IMG/VR virus record: IMGVR_UViG_3300032053_000009 | Coordinates: 18,630-82,629 of that record | Strand: one strand, 5' to 3' | Length of the DNA: 64,000 nucleotides | From: a virus | Lineage: Duplodnaviria; Heunggongvirae; Uroviricota; Caudoviricetes | Shown: in pieces, positions 36,572-47,129 of the stretch | Layout: each line of letters begins with the position of its first letter | How positions within the stretch are numbered: the stretch's first letter is position 1 | Program-made: the position numbers and the translations under genes | The notes under the pieces: model-generated | Told to the model about the DNA's origin: nothing | What the model saw: only the letters and a program-made list of their open reading frames with translations | Database searches by the model: none

Positions 36572-37329
36572 TATTGTACCCTCATTTGTAGATTTGTCGT
36601 CACGGAGTCAAACGTCCCCACCAGCACGTCGATAACGATGTTGATCAGTCTCGGATCAACCTGATCAATATCAATGGATAGATTGTTTAGACCAAGAAGA
36701 ATCTCATCGGCTGGCAAGGTGTCCACCTCCTGCGCTTGAATTTCAATCAACCCTTGAATGGCGTTGACAATCGACTGTTGAAGTTTGAAAAAGATGGTCG
36801 GTGTCAACTTCTCTCCAATCGCAAATGACAGCGTACTCCCATAATCAGGGTTAAAAACGTTATTTCCAATGACCGTCAATAAAGCCTTTGAAACATTCTG
36901 ACGAACTCGATTCGTGCTCGTCACCTCAGCAAGCTGCCCCATCTGGTTAAATCCAATGTCCCGAAACGATTTTGCGCTTAAACATTTTGGGCATACCGCC
37001 AGCGGCGCTATATAGTTCGCCAAATAAATCCGATTCGGTATAACAAACGTGCTCCCTTCCACAAAATTGACGCCAGGCGCAAAAAGCAATTCATTGAACT
37101 CCAATCTCTGATCACCAATCAGCTTGAAGTCCGTTATGCCGTCCAAAATATAGACGTAATGTTGGTTCGACTCTGTTGTAAAAAATTCACGAACTTCAAT
37201 TTGCTGAGCGTTCAAATTCGTCGGAAAGCGCAAGTCAGAATAATAATAAGGACTTAACCCATTCAGCGTCAGGGTCTCATCCGTTATTCTGTGATCGCAC
37301 ACTCTTCCGATCTGAACATCAATAGGCAT
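36571..37329 (-). CDS. gp25/GPW-like baseplate wedge protein with N-terminal extension
   Basis: LLTVIGNNVFNPDYGSTL...IG...DPRLINIVIDV. Confidence 0.8.
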   Translation of the reverse strand: MPIDVQIGRVCDHRITDETLTLNGLSPYYYSDLRFPTNLNAQQIEVREFFTTESNQHYVYILDGITDFKLIGDQRLEFNELLFAPGVNFVEGSTFVIPNRIYLANYIAPLAVCPKCLSAKSFRDIGFNQMGQLAEVTSTNRVRQNVSKALLTVIGNNVFNPDYGSTLSFAIGEKLTPTIFFKLQQSIVNAIQGLIEIQAQEVDTLPADEILLGLNNLSIDIDQVDPRLINIVIDVLVGTFDSVTTNLQMRVQ

Positions 37330-38774
37330 TAGATCACCGTTATTCCGGTCAGACTTGTTCCATCCAGCCTAAAATACTCAGTCTGCTTCGCTTGCAAATA
37401 TTGATTCGCTCCTGGCGTTGCTCGACGAGAAAGCGTAGTGAATGGCAACAAAATCGACGCAATGCCAGGTATCGTATTCCTCAACCGAAACACCAAATCG
37501 CTTTGTTCAATACGCACGCCAAGCCCTGTGCTGTTTATGTACAGATTCAACGCATCGACAATTTGCGTCAACAACACCGCCTTGTCATATCCACCATTGG
37601 CTGTTGTCTGAAAACCAATATCAATAAAGACTTCGGTCGCCTCTTTGGTCAACACGTCAGCCGTTAAAACTTTATTGGCCGGATCTTCCAAAATCAACTG
37701 CGTGTCCGGCACATTCTTATCGTAAATGTACGCAATCGTGAACGGCGAACTATTGTCCGGTCTGCTTCCAAACGGAAGCCATTGAATCAGATCCGACGCC
37801 CTAATTGAATGAGCGTAAGGTGTTGTGTTGTCAAGGGCAAGCACATAATCAATGTTTTGAGAAAACGTAAACGGTATGGCATTGGAAAGACCAACGACGC
37901 CAATGATAGCGACCGCAGGTTTGAAATCCAAACCATAAGTCAGTTGAGAATTATAAAACGTTGTCACCTGCTGCGCCTGTACTGGATTCGTGCCCAACAA
38001 GTAAATGTCCACTTCGTTCCCATATTGTGTCCGCACCGCATCGACATCGCCAGGACCAACCACAGACGCATCCAAAACGCCAGGTTGCGAAATAACGAGG
38101 CTGCGATAGCCAGGCTTGGTTCCAAGGTTGCGAGCTTGCGCCTTTGCCACAATTCGATTAGCCAAATCAGTATTGCTTTCAATGTCTGTCCCGCCCGATG
38201 TCGCCAAGCGATTGGTAACGGTGTTGATGCCAGCGATTGGCTGCTGAAGGACGACAATATTATTGGCGCCCACGTTGCCGGACGCTCCGGCGAACACGGC
38301 TATGACAGGTGCCGTCACGTCATAAGTTCCATACGTTGGGTCAATAATCGCTGTCGTTCTTAAGAAAACCGTTGCCGTGGTCACAAATTGAATAACGGCT
38401 CCATTAGAGAGCGTTCTGGTGCTGACTATCGTGCCCCCAGATCCATCCCCCGATCCGATCTGGATGTCGGCGATAGGTTTATTGAAGGCTGAAAAAGTTA
38501 CAAAGCCAGTCGCAAACGTGGCTTGTTTGCGAGTCAAAGCATAATTGGCAGCCAAGGCATCCATCTCGTCAGTGGTTAAAGAATTGGCGAACACCACAGA
38601 CTGAGCTTGCTGCAAGGTTGAGATATTTCCATATGCGCTCGCTATTTCATTGGAAACAGCTTCCACTACCAAATCACGCAAAACCGTTCCCTCCAAAACA
38701 TCAGCGTCGGGACGTTTCAGTTTGATGAAATTGATCATGTCTGTGACAATATCTGCGAATGACTTGATTGCCAT
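37329..38774 (-). CDS. Baseplate J-like wedge protein
   Basis: LRDLVVEA...R.QATFATG.VTF...G..GNVGAN.I...SGGTD.ESN.DL..R...GT..GY. Confidence 0.9.
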   Translation of the reverse strand: MAIKSFADIVTDMINFIKLKRPDADVLEGTVLRDLVVEAVSNEIASAYGNISTLQQAQSVVFANSLTTDEMDALAANYALTRKQATFATGFVTFSAFNKPIADIQIGSGDGSGGTIVSTRTLSNGAVIQFVTTATVFLRTTAIIDPTYGTYDVTAPVIAVFAGASGNVGANNIVVLQQPIAGINTVTNRLATSGGTDIESNTDLANRIVAKAQARNLGTKPGYRSLVISQPGVLDASVVGPGDVDAVRTQYGNEVDIYLLGTNPVQAQQVTTFYNSQLTYGLDFKPAVAIIGVVGLSNAIPFTFSQNIDYVLALDNTTPYAHSIRASDLIQWLPFGSRPDNSSPFTIAYIYDKNVPDTQLILEDPANKVLTADVLTKEATEVFIDIGFQTTANGGYDKAVLLTQIVDALNLYINSTGLGVRIEQSDLVFRLRNTIPGIASILLPFTTLSRRATPGANQYLQAKQTEYFRLDGTSLTGITVI

Positions 38775-38785
38775 TTCGATTCTCC

Positions 38786-39082
38786 CTATCCTAAATTTGA
38801 AAGAGGGGCGACCTTTTTCTCAAAAATCACGTTCCCTCCCCGTTTAAGTTTCAACGTAATCGTCGCACCTGTAACCGTACCGACCGCCTTTTGAATCGTG
38901 CCGACAATCTTCTGCATCTTTGCAACAAATTTCATCGCATTCGCCTGAGCTTTCGTGGCGCTCGCTGGCGTCTTCGGCAGCTTAGTCGTTGGCGCTGTCG
39001 GAATACCGCTACCAGGCGTCACCGTCGGCGCAGCTTTTGTCTTCGGCTTCGGAAGCGGTATCACAATATCTAAATTCGCCAT
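38786..39082 (-). CDS. Small basic Pro/Thr-rich protein in baseplate module
   Basis: 98 aa ORF between spike and baseplate J. Confidence 0.6.
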   Translation of the reverse strand: MANLDIVIPLPKPKTKAAPTVTPGSGIPTAPTTKLPKTPASATKAQANAMKFVAKMQKIVGTIQKAVGTVTGATITLKLKRGGNVIFEKKVAPLSNLG

Positions 39083-39084
39083 AT

Positions 39085-40383
39085 CTATAACGCCAATGCC
39101 ACAGTTGATGAAATTTGTACAGGCGTAACAGGCACCGCCGGAATCACAGGAGGGGGCGTCAAAACCCCAGTCACCGGACCTGCGCTATAAACGTGCGTAT
39201 GTGTATTGAATGCCGTCACCAAAGCATTAAACGCTGTCGCCATCAAATCTGAAACCGTAACCGGATGTGTCGCCGACTGCCCCAACGAAATCACGCCCCC
39301 ATTAACCACCACGTTTTGAGCATTGATGCTGACCTGCTGCGATGTTTCATCGACAACAATGCCCGTCCCGCCCGACGTTGTGATCTGAACATTATCATCC
39401 TCGACATCAAGACTTGTTCCATTGGGAGACGTTACGTTAATCTTACCCGCACCGTCACAAGCAATAACAGATCCGGCGCCGTCGGTGATGTTGATGTCAC
39501 CATCTTCGCCCAAAGTAACGGTGATCGTGCCGTTGGCGCCATTAACCACAATCGTATACCCCTTGGTCGCCATATGGATTTCTTCGCCAGCGGTATTCGT
39601 CACAACATCTTTTGGTGACGTTAGACCGATACTGCCTTCTTTATCGATCTGTAAATTCATGCCGGACGCATGAGTTAAGTCCAAATTCACGTCCTTGCCA
39701 TTGAATGAGACTTTTTTATTATCAGCTCGCTTGAGCGTCGCTGTCTCCTCATCAACAGCTAACAAATATAAATCATCCTCACGAACCGTTCCCATCCATA
39801 ATTCAAAAATCTTATTCGTCTCTTTGACCGCATCCAGTGTTAAATGATTAGGATCATTTATTTCAGTGTCGTCACGAGACTCACGAACGATCATGCGCAT
39901 ATTGGCAAACCGATCCATGTAAATCTCAGCGCCTTGATATGACTTGAACAAAACTTCACCACCCGTCAAATAACGAGTAGGACGATATAAAACTTCAGTG
40001 CCTGACAACGCCGATGGTGGCTGTCTGGTGCCATCTGGTTGAACCGCTCCACGCTCATAATAGGGATTGCCCATTAAATAACCCAACACAACAGCAAACC
40101 CACCAGGACGAAACCCAGCCACAACAACATCGCCCGCTCGTGGATAAGAAAATATACCCCAACCTTGTCCTGCCATCGGACACGACAAAGCGATTTGGTC
40201 TAACGTTCCGAGCCGAACATCCGCCCATTGTATCTGAGCTGTTCCGTATGTGATTCGACGAGACGCACCGCCTTTCTGCGGCGAGTTGTAGTCAATCTTG
40301 ACGATTGTACCGACACGCAGGTATTCATAATAATTGGTATTTTCAATCCCCGCATATCCTTGTGTTATGATCCGATTGATCAT
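39085..40383 (-). CDS. Baseplate central spike (gpV/gp5-like OB fold, beta-helix, H-x-H tip)
   Basis: G.FSYPRAGDVVVAGF; Gly/Thr/Asp beta-helix repeats; FNTHTH apex. Confidence 0.85.
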   Translation of the reverse strand: MINRIITQGYAGIENTNYYEYLRVGTIVKIDYNSPQKGGASRRITYGTAQIQWADVRLGTLDQIALSCPMAGQGWGIFSYPRAGDVVVAGFRPGGFAVVLGYLMGNPYYERGAVQPDGTRQPPSALSGTEVLYRPTRYLTGGEVLFKSYQGAEIYMDRFANMRMIVRESRDDTEINDPNHLTLDAVKETNKIFELWMGTVREDDLYLLAVDEETATLKRADNKKVSFNGKDVNLDLTHASGMNLQIDKEGSIGLTSPKDVVTNTAGEEIHMATKGYTIVVNGANGTITVTLGEDGDINITDGAGSVIACDGAGKINVTSPNGTSLDVEDDNVQITTSGGTGIVVDETSQQVSINAQNVVVNGGVISLGQSATHPVTVSDLMATAFNALVTAFNTHTHVYSAGPVTGVLTPPPVIPAVPVTPVQISSTVALAL

Positions 40384-42680
40384 GCGACTTGTCCTGTCAT
40401 AGAATTTGTTTTGTCAAAATTGGTGTCTATTTGCATTCCTTTATTTTTAGTGTTCCGCAAACGTTGATTCTGTAAATCAGCAGCGCTCAAGCCTTTCTCA
40501 AACGCCTCTTGAATGAGAAGAGCGTCATTAAAATCAATATCGACTCCAAATTCCCAAATATATCCGGCACAATAAAAGAGCGACAAACTTGATGCCAACT
40601 TGGGCGATGCAAAACTATTGGTTGGATTATAAATGTGCTGAAGCTCATCAGCGCTATATCCATCATTTTCTAAATTAGCCACAACGTTTCTGTACGACAA
40701 ATTAATGCTCAATGGCGTTAAGCGAGTAAAGGTTTTGTTTTTTGCAACATCACTGTCGAGAAAATTACGAGCCAAAGTTCGTTTTGATTCAGTCGTGGCT
40801 CGATACAGCGTCCCAATCGAAGTGCCAACTTGACTGGCGAAAAGTTGAGCCACGTCATACACAGGCATCCGACGATAAGTCAAACTCAAACGAACTCGAT
40901 AACTTCCGCCAGGAGAAATCGTATGCTCGATGGAGTCAATATAAAACAGCATATTGTTTGACTCCAAAAGCACATACGTCCCGACCCGATACCGAGAATC
41001 GCCCACCACTTCAACAGAGCCACCCGCAAATGCTTTGCTGTTAATCCGGTTCAAAACCGAGCTTGCCCAAACATTCAATGCTGCGTTGGTGGTTAAACCG
41101 ATCACAGGCTGAAGGCTGGTCATTTTGTCACCATATTTTTGAATCAACCGATTGTCCTTGATGTACCCAAAAATGCCCAACGAATCCAAGCTCGTGCCAA
41201 GTCGCACTTTCCAATCACCTGTCGCAACAGCGACGCTGGCGATCTCTGTGTTGTCTTCATATGTGTTTTGTTGATAGATATTGTAATCGTGTAAAATGTG
41301 AACATCAGTTGGGTCTAATAAATGAGAAAGCGTGGTATTGACTGGACGAAAACGAATAATGCCTTCTTCGTTCGCAAAAAATTCAAAATTGACAGTATTG
41401 GCAAATTCGTGACACAGCCTGTTTGCCTCTTTCCACTCCGACATCCACAAATTAAATCCATTTCGGAACGCCACAGTGTAAGCGGGCTGATTTGTTCCGT
41501 CGATAATCATGACAGGCTTCTTGATGAAATTTTCCTCCTGCGCCAACACAGTTGCTTTGGTGTTCTTAAACACCTTAACGCCCTTAGCTGACATCCCGAC
41601 ACTATCTCTTAAGTCGATATACAATTCCGTAAAGCCAAGACGATCTTTCTCTATTGTCTCTCTGAGCACACCAATTTGCTCTTCAATGCCCTTGGTGTCT
41701 ACTCCAACAACGCCAGGAATGGCAGTGCTGAACGACGGCTGAACTGAAAATACATTTCTCTCTTTATACAGAGAATTATACTGGTTCACATTCGCAGACA
41801 AATCTGGCAAATTATAAATTGTGGACAGCGCAAGCACTCCGACGCTGCTAATGATTTTCTGTACCGCTTCAGCCTCTCCGCCTTCACCCTGCACCCACGG
41901 AAACACGAAAGCACTCAGAGGGACGAAATGAGCTTGCTGATCCCTATCCAATAACGCTTTTTGAATTGCCACCCGTGAATATCGCAATCGCTTGGTCACG
42001 TCTTCACATTCAAGAGTGATTGTATTTTGAGCTGGCGCCCGATTGCGCTGAACTTGATTAATGTACCCTGTAAAGCAAACATTCAAATTGGCGTCACGAT
42101 CCGGCAACCTCACAACAACAATGTCATCCGGCTCAAAAATAGTCTTTCCGAGGAGGAGGTCATTATTTCGGAAACAATACCTGTCTAAATCATTTTTAAT
42201 TGTAATCGACGCTTGACCCGTTCCACTGACCGACAAACGCACGGACGCACTTAATATATCCTCTATGCCGTCTATTTTGGATGAGCGCACACGCACCATC
42301 CACGCTGGACGAGTTAAATCAACAATCCCCAAAGCGATGGTGTCAATATAACGAGCGTTACCATACAGCAAAGAAAAATCAGTAGTTTCCGTCGTGCCAA
42401 ACTGACTCGTGTTCAGATAAATAGGAAAATACCCTGTACTGTTTTTAACAGACAACAACTCTTGAAGAATCACCTCTTTACGCTGTATCACAAAATCAAG
42501 TTTGTTACGAACCGTAGTCAAAAATTCTGCATACTTGGCATTGAATTGCTGAATTGCGGTCGATAAATCCGAACGAGTAGGCGGAATTTGTTTAATGACA
42601 ATGACATCAAAGGAGCGGTCAAAAGCGTACTGCTTTTCAACCAACGCATCCTTGCCACCCGCTATGTATTCGTTAGCCAT
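40380..42680 (-). CDS. Baseplate hub (gpD/gp27-like)
   Basis: GQASITIKN...IFEPDDIVVV...FTGYIN...LECED; EFFANEEGIIRFRP; VVGDSRYRVG...YIDSIEHT. Confidence 0.8.
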   Translation of the reverse strand: MANEYIAGGKDALVEKQYAFDRSFDVIVIKQIPPTRSDLSTAIQQFNAKYAEFLTTVRNKLDFVIQRKEVILQELLSVKNSTGYFPIYLNTSQFGTTETTDFSLLYGNARYIDTIALGIVDLTRPAWMVRVRSSKIDGIEDILSASVRLSVSGTGQASITIKNDLDRYCFRNNDLLLGKTIFEPDDIVVVRLPDRDANLNVCFTGYINQVQRNRAPAQNTITLECEDVTKRLRYSRVAIQKALLDRDQQAHFVPLSAFVFPWVQGEGGEAEAVQKIISSVGVLALSTIYNLPDLSANVNQYNSLYKERNVFSVQPSFSTAIPGVVGVDTKGIEEQIGVLRETIEKDRLGFTELYIDLRDSVGMSAKGVKVFKNTKATVLAQEENFIKKPVMIIDGTNQPAYTVAFRNGFNLWMSEWKEANRLCHEFANTVNFEFFANEEGIIRFRPVNTTLSHLLDPTDVHILHDYNIYQQNTYEDNTEIASVAVATGDWKVRLGTSLDSLGIFGYIKDNRLIQKYGDKMTSLQPVIGLTTNAALNVWASSVLNRINSKAFAGGSVEVVGDSRYRVGTYVLLESNNMLFYIDSIEHTISPGGSYRVRLSLTYRRMPVYDVAQLFASQVGTSIGTLYRATTESKRTLARNFLDSDVAKNKTFTRLTPLSINLSYRNVVANLENDGYSADELQHIYNPTNSFASPKLASSLSLFYCAGYIWEFGVDIDFNDALLIQEAFEKGLSAADLQNQRLRNTKNKGMQIDTNFDKTNSMTGQVA

Positions 42681-43354
42681 TAGCCTGCCGCTCCCAATGA
42701 AAGTAATCCTGGCGCTTGACTGATTGACGACACGGCTCCCATTAATCCAATTTTCGCCGCATCAGGAAAATTCACCAACAACTTACGAGCAATATAATCT
42801 GTCGATGAAAACGTCACCACAAATTCAAAGCTGTAATCGTACAGCCGTGGTCGATCAATCTGTTCCGACCAGGCGAAAGATGTAAAAAAACCAAGATAAA
42901 GCGTATACCGATAAACAATAAATGACTGAGCCAAGTCCTTCAGGCTCTTGTTTTTCTTTCCCGTGATCTGGTCTTGAACGGATTTGTCGCCAGATTGAAG
43001 ATTGGTAGATGTGGTTCCGGTTGGTAAATTATTTTTATTAAACATTTTCAAGAAGCTCACCATGCGCTCCTTATCTATTTTGAAAATTTGCTGAAGTTTC
43101 AAAATCTGAAAATCAACCAACGCAAAATCAGCAGCGCCGCCAACCTTGCGTGTCGTCCACCCCACGCATTGCATGACATCGGGTCTATTGCCCCAATGCT
43201 CAAACACAAATGACGCCAACGTTTGAGACTCGCTGACCACCTTGCGAGAGTTAAGGCGAAAATTCTGCGGGTTGGGTTTCATTAAAATAAGAAACGGAAC
43301 CGTTGAGTTTCCGATGATCATTTGCGATACAAGATCACGTGTGCTAAATGCCAT
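42680..43354 (-). CDS. Tail tube initiator / baseplate-tube junction protein
   Basis: PNPQNF....K......T...V.EHWG; Y.G.F.SF.W.E....P....Y.FEF. Confidence 0.7.
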   Translation of the reverse strand: MAFSTRDLVSQMIIGNSTVPFLILMKPNPQNFRLNSRKVVSESQTLASFVFEHWGNRPDVMQCVGWTTRKVGGAADFALVDFQILKLQQIFKIDKERMVSFLKMFNKNNLPTGTTSTNLQSGDKSVQDQITGKKNKSLKDLAQSFIVYRYTLYLGFFTSFAWSEQIDRPRLYDYSFEFVVTFSSTDYIARKLLVNFPDAAKIGLMGAVSSISQAPGLLSLGAAG

Positions 43355-43356
43355 AT

Positions 43357-45753
43357 TTAATGACCTCTCCCTAAAACATTATCTCGTCGCAATGCTTTTT
43401 CAACTTCTTCAACTGTGCGCCTAATCAATCCTTCCTTGTCGTCACCTGTTAAACCAACCTTGACATCAACATTGACGTTACTGCCTGAATCAGGCTGCGG
43501 CGCCATACTTCGTGATGGCATTGCCCCAGCTCCCACGGGCTGCTGCTGAGGTCGAGGCGTTTGCGCAAGAGGAGTTTTCAACAAAGCAGTAAAATCAAAA
43601 CGCTCAGGTCCATCCTCTCCGGCTAAAAACAATGTTGGTTGTGTCACTACGCCAGAGCCACCTTGAGCCATTTTTTTAACAGGAGCAAGCGTCTTCTTCT
43701 TTGCACGATCTTCCTTCAAAGCTGGTGATGGAGTCGTCGGCGCAAGTGGTACAGTCATCTCCTCTTCCATAGGAAACGTTGGGAATTTCTCTTCTACCTG
43801 TTCACGATACCGAGTGCTTGCTTTCGCCTCAAACGACTTTGTAATTGCTTTGTTGATTTCGTCTTGAGCCTGCTTCATAGCCAGCGGATCGCCGCTTTTA
43901 CCCAACGCCTCTAACGCCGCCAAACGATGAGCTTCTGCACCAGGCACGTTCATTGTTCTCAAACCCTGTTCTCGAACATCCTGTTCTTTTTTCTGTACTT
44001 GTAAACGTTCCGTCCGTTCAGATAAAAATTTCTTAGCCTCTACTTGCTGCTCCGGCGTGCCTCGTGCAGCCAAACTCTCCATACGTTTCACATCAGACAT
44101 TTCTTTTTGCTGTCTCTGTTGAAACTCACGCTGCTTTTTCATGAGTTCCATTTGTTCCTGTTCTTTTGGTCCTATCTGAATCGTAAACACACGAAACGCA
44201 TTGCCAAGAATGGTGGTCTGAATGGCGTCAGCAAGCGTTTGCGTACTCAGATTTATATTCTCAGCAACAGAGATCAAATTATTCATCTGAACAGTCGGGT
44301 CTGGTGGCTCTACGGCGGCAATTTGTTTTTGTAAATCGGTCATATTGATTGTGTTCTTCAAAACCTTTTCCAAAATATCATTATTGAGATTCTGTAACTG
44401 TTTCAGAGCTGGAAATTCCGGCATCGCTAAACGCACCGCCCCCATAGCACGCAACGATCCTGGCTCAGCACCAGGCGCCACCTGCGCAGCCAATTTTCTC
44501 AAAACGCCAACTTGCAATTGCAACAAATTCGCTTGCATATCTTTCTGACCAACAAGACCTATGGATTCTAATGGACCCATCCCTGGTCTCATGCCAGGCA
44601 TTTTCACGCCAAATTGCTGCGCCAACGCCAAAATACCTGCCTGGCGACCAAAATCAGCGCTCCGCATAGCGCCAGTCATTTGCGCAAATTGCTGAACGGA
44701 TAAAACGCCGCTTTGTAGTTCTTTCGCAAACTTACCAACGACAGCCTGAGAAAAATGAATGTCTTTTGTGTAATTAACGGTGGCTTGGGAAAGCTCCGTA
44801 ACCCAGCTCGTATACAACTCTGTCCCCATGCCCGCTTTCTTAGCCTCCCGATCAAAACTCATCAGCGTTGACGACGCTTGCTGAGCGGACATACCTAACC
44901 TCTGCGTGAGATGAATAGTTGCGGCACGGGAGGTCTGTTCTGATACGTTAGCCGCCTTCGCAAACGCTGTCGCCACCAAAGCTGCCTCCATGCTGACAAA
45001 ATGCAAAGTTGTTCCAATAAGACGTGTCGCCCCACCAAATACCTGAGTCATGGACATGATGTCAGAAGCAGCCTGTTCAGTGCTTTTGCCCATAAACATC
45101 ATGCTTATCATTGCTTGACTTGCCGCCAAGCGCAGATCTTCAGTGGCTTGATACTGACGAAGACCAAACTCTTGACCACCCAATCCTTGAGCACCACGCA
45201 CACGACCTTCACCAAGACCCATCATGCCAATAGTGGCTTTACGAACATTGATGTCCATTCGCTCCATACCTTTGCCAAATTCTGCAAACACTGAAACAAA
45301 TCCATATCGAAACTTTCCAGTGCTTTGCAAAAGCTGGTCGGCAAACTCCTTATAGCTAAGAGTTCCGCCAACAATGCGTTTACTGAATTCGCTCACCTTC
45401 ATTGTGGTGATGTCAAAATCCGAACTTAAGGATTTCACAGCGTCGCCAAAACGACTAAGCAGCTCTTTTCGTTTTTCAAATGCCACTTCTTGTTCTCTCA
45501 TCTGTTCTTTTAGCTTTGAAAGAGCCTGTCCGGTATCAAAGGTTTTACGCAAAAGTTCAGTGGCTGCCACGCCAGCACGTTGAGCTTCTGGCGACAGATC
45601 AGAAAAGAACTTAGCCAAATCAGTGGCATCCCTGAGAAAAGTACGAGCCATGCCGCCAACAATGCCAAGAGTTTTACCCAACTCCATCACTGACCGTTGG
45701 AGTTGCTGAAACGAATCTTGAATCGCTGACGGGTCTGGTATTGGATCAGCCAT
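43357..45753 (-). CDS. Tape measure protein
   Basis: 798 aa helical A/G/M/Q-rich protein after the chaperone; MAQGG.GVVTQPTLFLAGEDGPE motif. Confidence 0.85.
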   Translation of the reverse strand: MADPIPDPSAIQDSFQQLQRSVMELGKTLGIVGGMARTFLRDATDLAKFFSDLSPEAQRAGVAATELLRKTFDTGQALSKLKEQMREQEVAFEKRKELLSRFGDAVKSLSSDFDITTMKVSEFSKRIVGGTLSYKEFADQLLQSTGKFRYGFVSVFAEFGKGMERMDINVRKATIGMMGLGEGRVRGAQGLGGQEFGLRQYQATEDLRLAASQAMISMMFMGKSTEQAASDIMSMTQVFGGATRLIGTTLHFVSMEAALVATAFAKAANVSEQTSRAATIHLTQRLGMSAQQASSTLMSFDREAKKAGMGTELYTSWVTELSQATVNYTKDIHFSQAVVGKFAKELQSGVLSVQQFAQMTGAMRSADFGRQAGILALAQQFGVKMPGMRPGMGPLESIGLVGQKDMQANLLQLQVGVLRKLAAQVAPGAEPGSLRAMGAVRLAMPEFPALKQLQNLNNDILEKVLKNTINMTDLQKQIAAVEPPDPTVQMNNLISVAENINLSTQTLADAIQTTILGNAFRVFTIQIGPKEQEQMELMKKQREFQQRQQKEMSDVKRMESLAARGTPEQQVEAKKFLSERTERLQVQKKEQDVREQGLRTMNVPGAEAHRLAALEALGKSGDPLAMKQAQDEINKAITKSFEAKASTRYREQVEEKFPTFPMEEEMTVPLAPTTPSPALKEDRAKKKTLAPVKKMAQGGSGVVTQPTLFLAGEDGPERFDFTALLKTPLAQTPRPQQQPVGAGAMPSRSMAPQPDSGSNVNVDVKVGLTGDDKEGLIRRTVEEVEKALRRDNVLGRGH

Positions 45754-46513
45754 TACTCAATCACCTCCATCGACTCTCCTGAGTCTTCGCTTTCCTCTTC
45801 GTCTTCTGCGAACACGATGTTTTCCATTTTGATCTTCGTTATGTCGATACCCTGTTGTCGCAACAGATCAAGATACTCAGCTTTACGCTGATCTCGATAA
45901 TGCTGCTTCGACTCTTTTTCCTTTTCGATGCTTGACCAAAGCTCGTAATTAATCCAGGGCAACAAGCTCTTAATCTTGTCTCTCAATTCCTCCTCGTCGG
46001 CAATAAGGTTTTGCTGGGACCAATCCCAATGTACATCCTCAAACTCGCTTGCTAAGCGGGCTGGGGTTGTGCCGAGCTTGGTGCAGATTTTCCAGAGGAC
46101 TCTGCCGACTGATCCCTTGAGGAGTTTTTTAGTGCGTCCAGCTCCTTCGCCCTTTCTTGTACCAGATCGGAGTAGCAATAGTTGAAAATGTACTCTATCG
46201 TGCTCCAATCAAATTCGCTGAGCACCTGCTCAACGACTTGCACAGATGACAGCGTAGGATCTTGCCGCATCTTTTCTCGAACCTCTGGTTGTGCCTCAAT
46301 AGGAACATCATTGATGGACACCAAAGCACGAGCAAGAATAGGCACCTTGGCAACCTCAGCCTGGGAAGCAAAATCCAGGTTGCGACTGCCAATGATCCTG
46401 CTGATCTCTATTTGTTCTCCTGCCGTCAACGTCTGCAAGACAACTTTGCTACTTCCGATCTGGTACGTCTTGTCCTTGCGCTGACCTAACAGCGCCTCTA
46501 CGAGCTTTTGCAT
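45753..46513 (-). CDS. Tail assembly chaperone, -1 frameshift long form (gpGT-like)
   Basis: A-AAA-AAC heptamer at 46130-46124 joins the 153-aa ORF to the open -1 frame (KKLLKGSVGRVLW...) that ends at the TMP start. Confidence 0.75.
46052..46513 (-). CDS. Tail assembly chaperone, short form (gpG-like)
   Basis: 153 aa between tube and TMP; low-complexity tail after the slippery site. Confidence 0.85.
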   Translation of the reverse strand: MQKLVEALLGQRKDKTYQIGSSKVVLQTLTAGEQIEISRIIGSRNLDFASQAEVAKVPILARALVSINDVPIEAQPEVREKMRQDPTLSSVQVVEQVLSEFDWSTIEYIFNYCYSDLVQERAKELDALKNSSRDQSAESSGKSAPSSAQPQPA

Positions 46514-46565
46514 ACTTCCCCCTTCAGTGTTCAGTTTTCGACTTATAGGCGATTACCGCCTATGA

Positions 46566-47102
46566 TTACGCTCCTGTCGTTCCTTGAGCGGGCGTTTCCG
46601 ACGTTCCGTAAACAATCGTGGCGGTTTCAGTTTCCCGAATATCGCCAGTGATGTCACGGGTTGATCCGTAACGGCTGATCCAAGCATCTTTGTAGATCTT
46701 CTGCGTTATCGCAGTTGGAGCCGCATTTGGATTTGGCGTTCCGTCTTGATTGAACACGGGAACGTTGACGATTTCATGGATCTCGAAAGGCGTATCCATC
46801 TCAAACAATGTCCCAACACCCACAGCGGCGCCAAGCGCCTCCATGATGTTTTTCGTGTACAGCCGCAGACGCCGAACTTCCAACGTCTTCTCACGGACGA
46901 GACCAGGCACCATTTCAAATGGTTCCCCGATCTTCTTTCCGAGAGTCGTCCCGATTTCAAACGAAGGCGTGATGTCCCTCGTTTCGGACGGATTGATGCT
47001 TTGAATCGAGCCGACTTCCACCAATGCTCCCGCATCGTTCAGGATTTTGATGGTATAGGAAGTCGCTAACTGTATTCTCGTTGTTGCTGGTTTGATAGCC
47101 AT
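46566..47102 (-). CDS. Tail tube protein
   Basis: VGSIQSINPSETR....FEIG...E.VPG...LEVRRLRLY; follows the sheath. Confidence 0.85.
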   Translation of the reverse strand: MAIKPATTRIQLATSYTIKILNDAGALVEVGSIQSINPSETRDITPSFEIGTTLGKKIGEPFEMVPGLVREKTLEVRRLRLYTKNIMEALGAAVGVGTLFEMDTPFEIHEIVNVPVFNQDGTPNPNAAPTAITQKIYKDAWISRYGSTRDITGDIRETETATIVYGTSETPAQGTTGA

Positions 47103-47129
47103 TTTTCATTCTCCTCCTTTGGCGTAAAC

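Noticed and set aside
38786-39082. PAAR spike-tip gene
   Set aside because: No PAAR or Cys/His pattern; the spike itself ends in an H-x-H apex.
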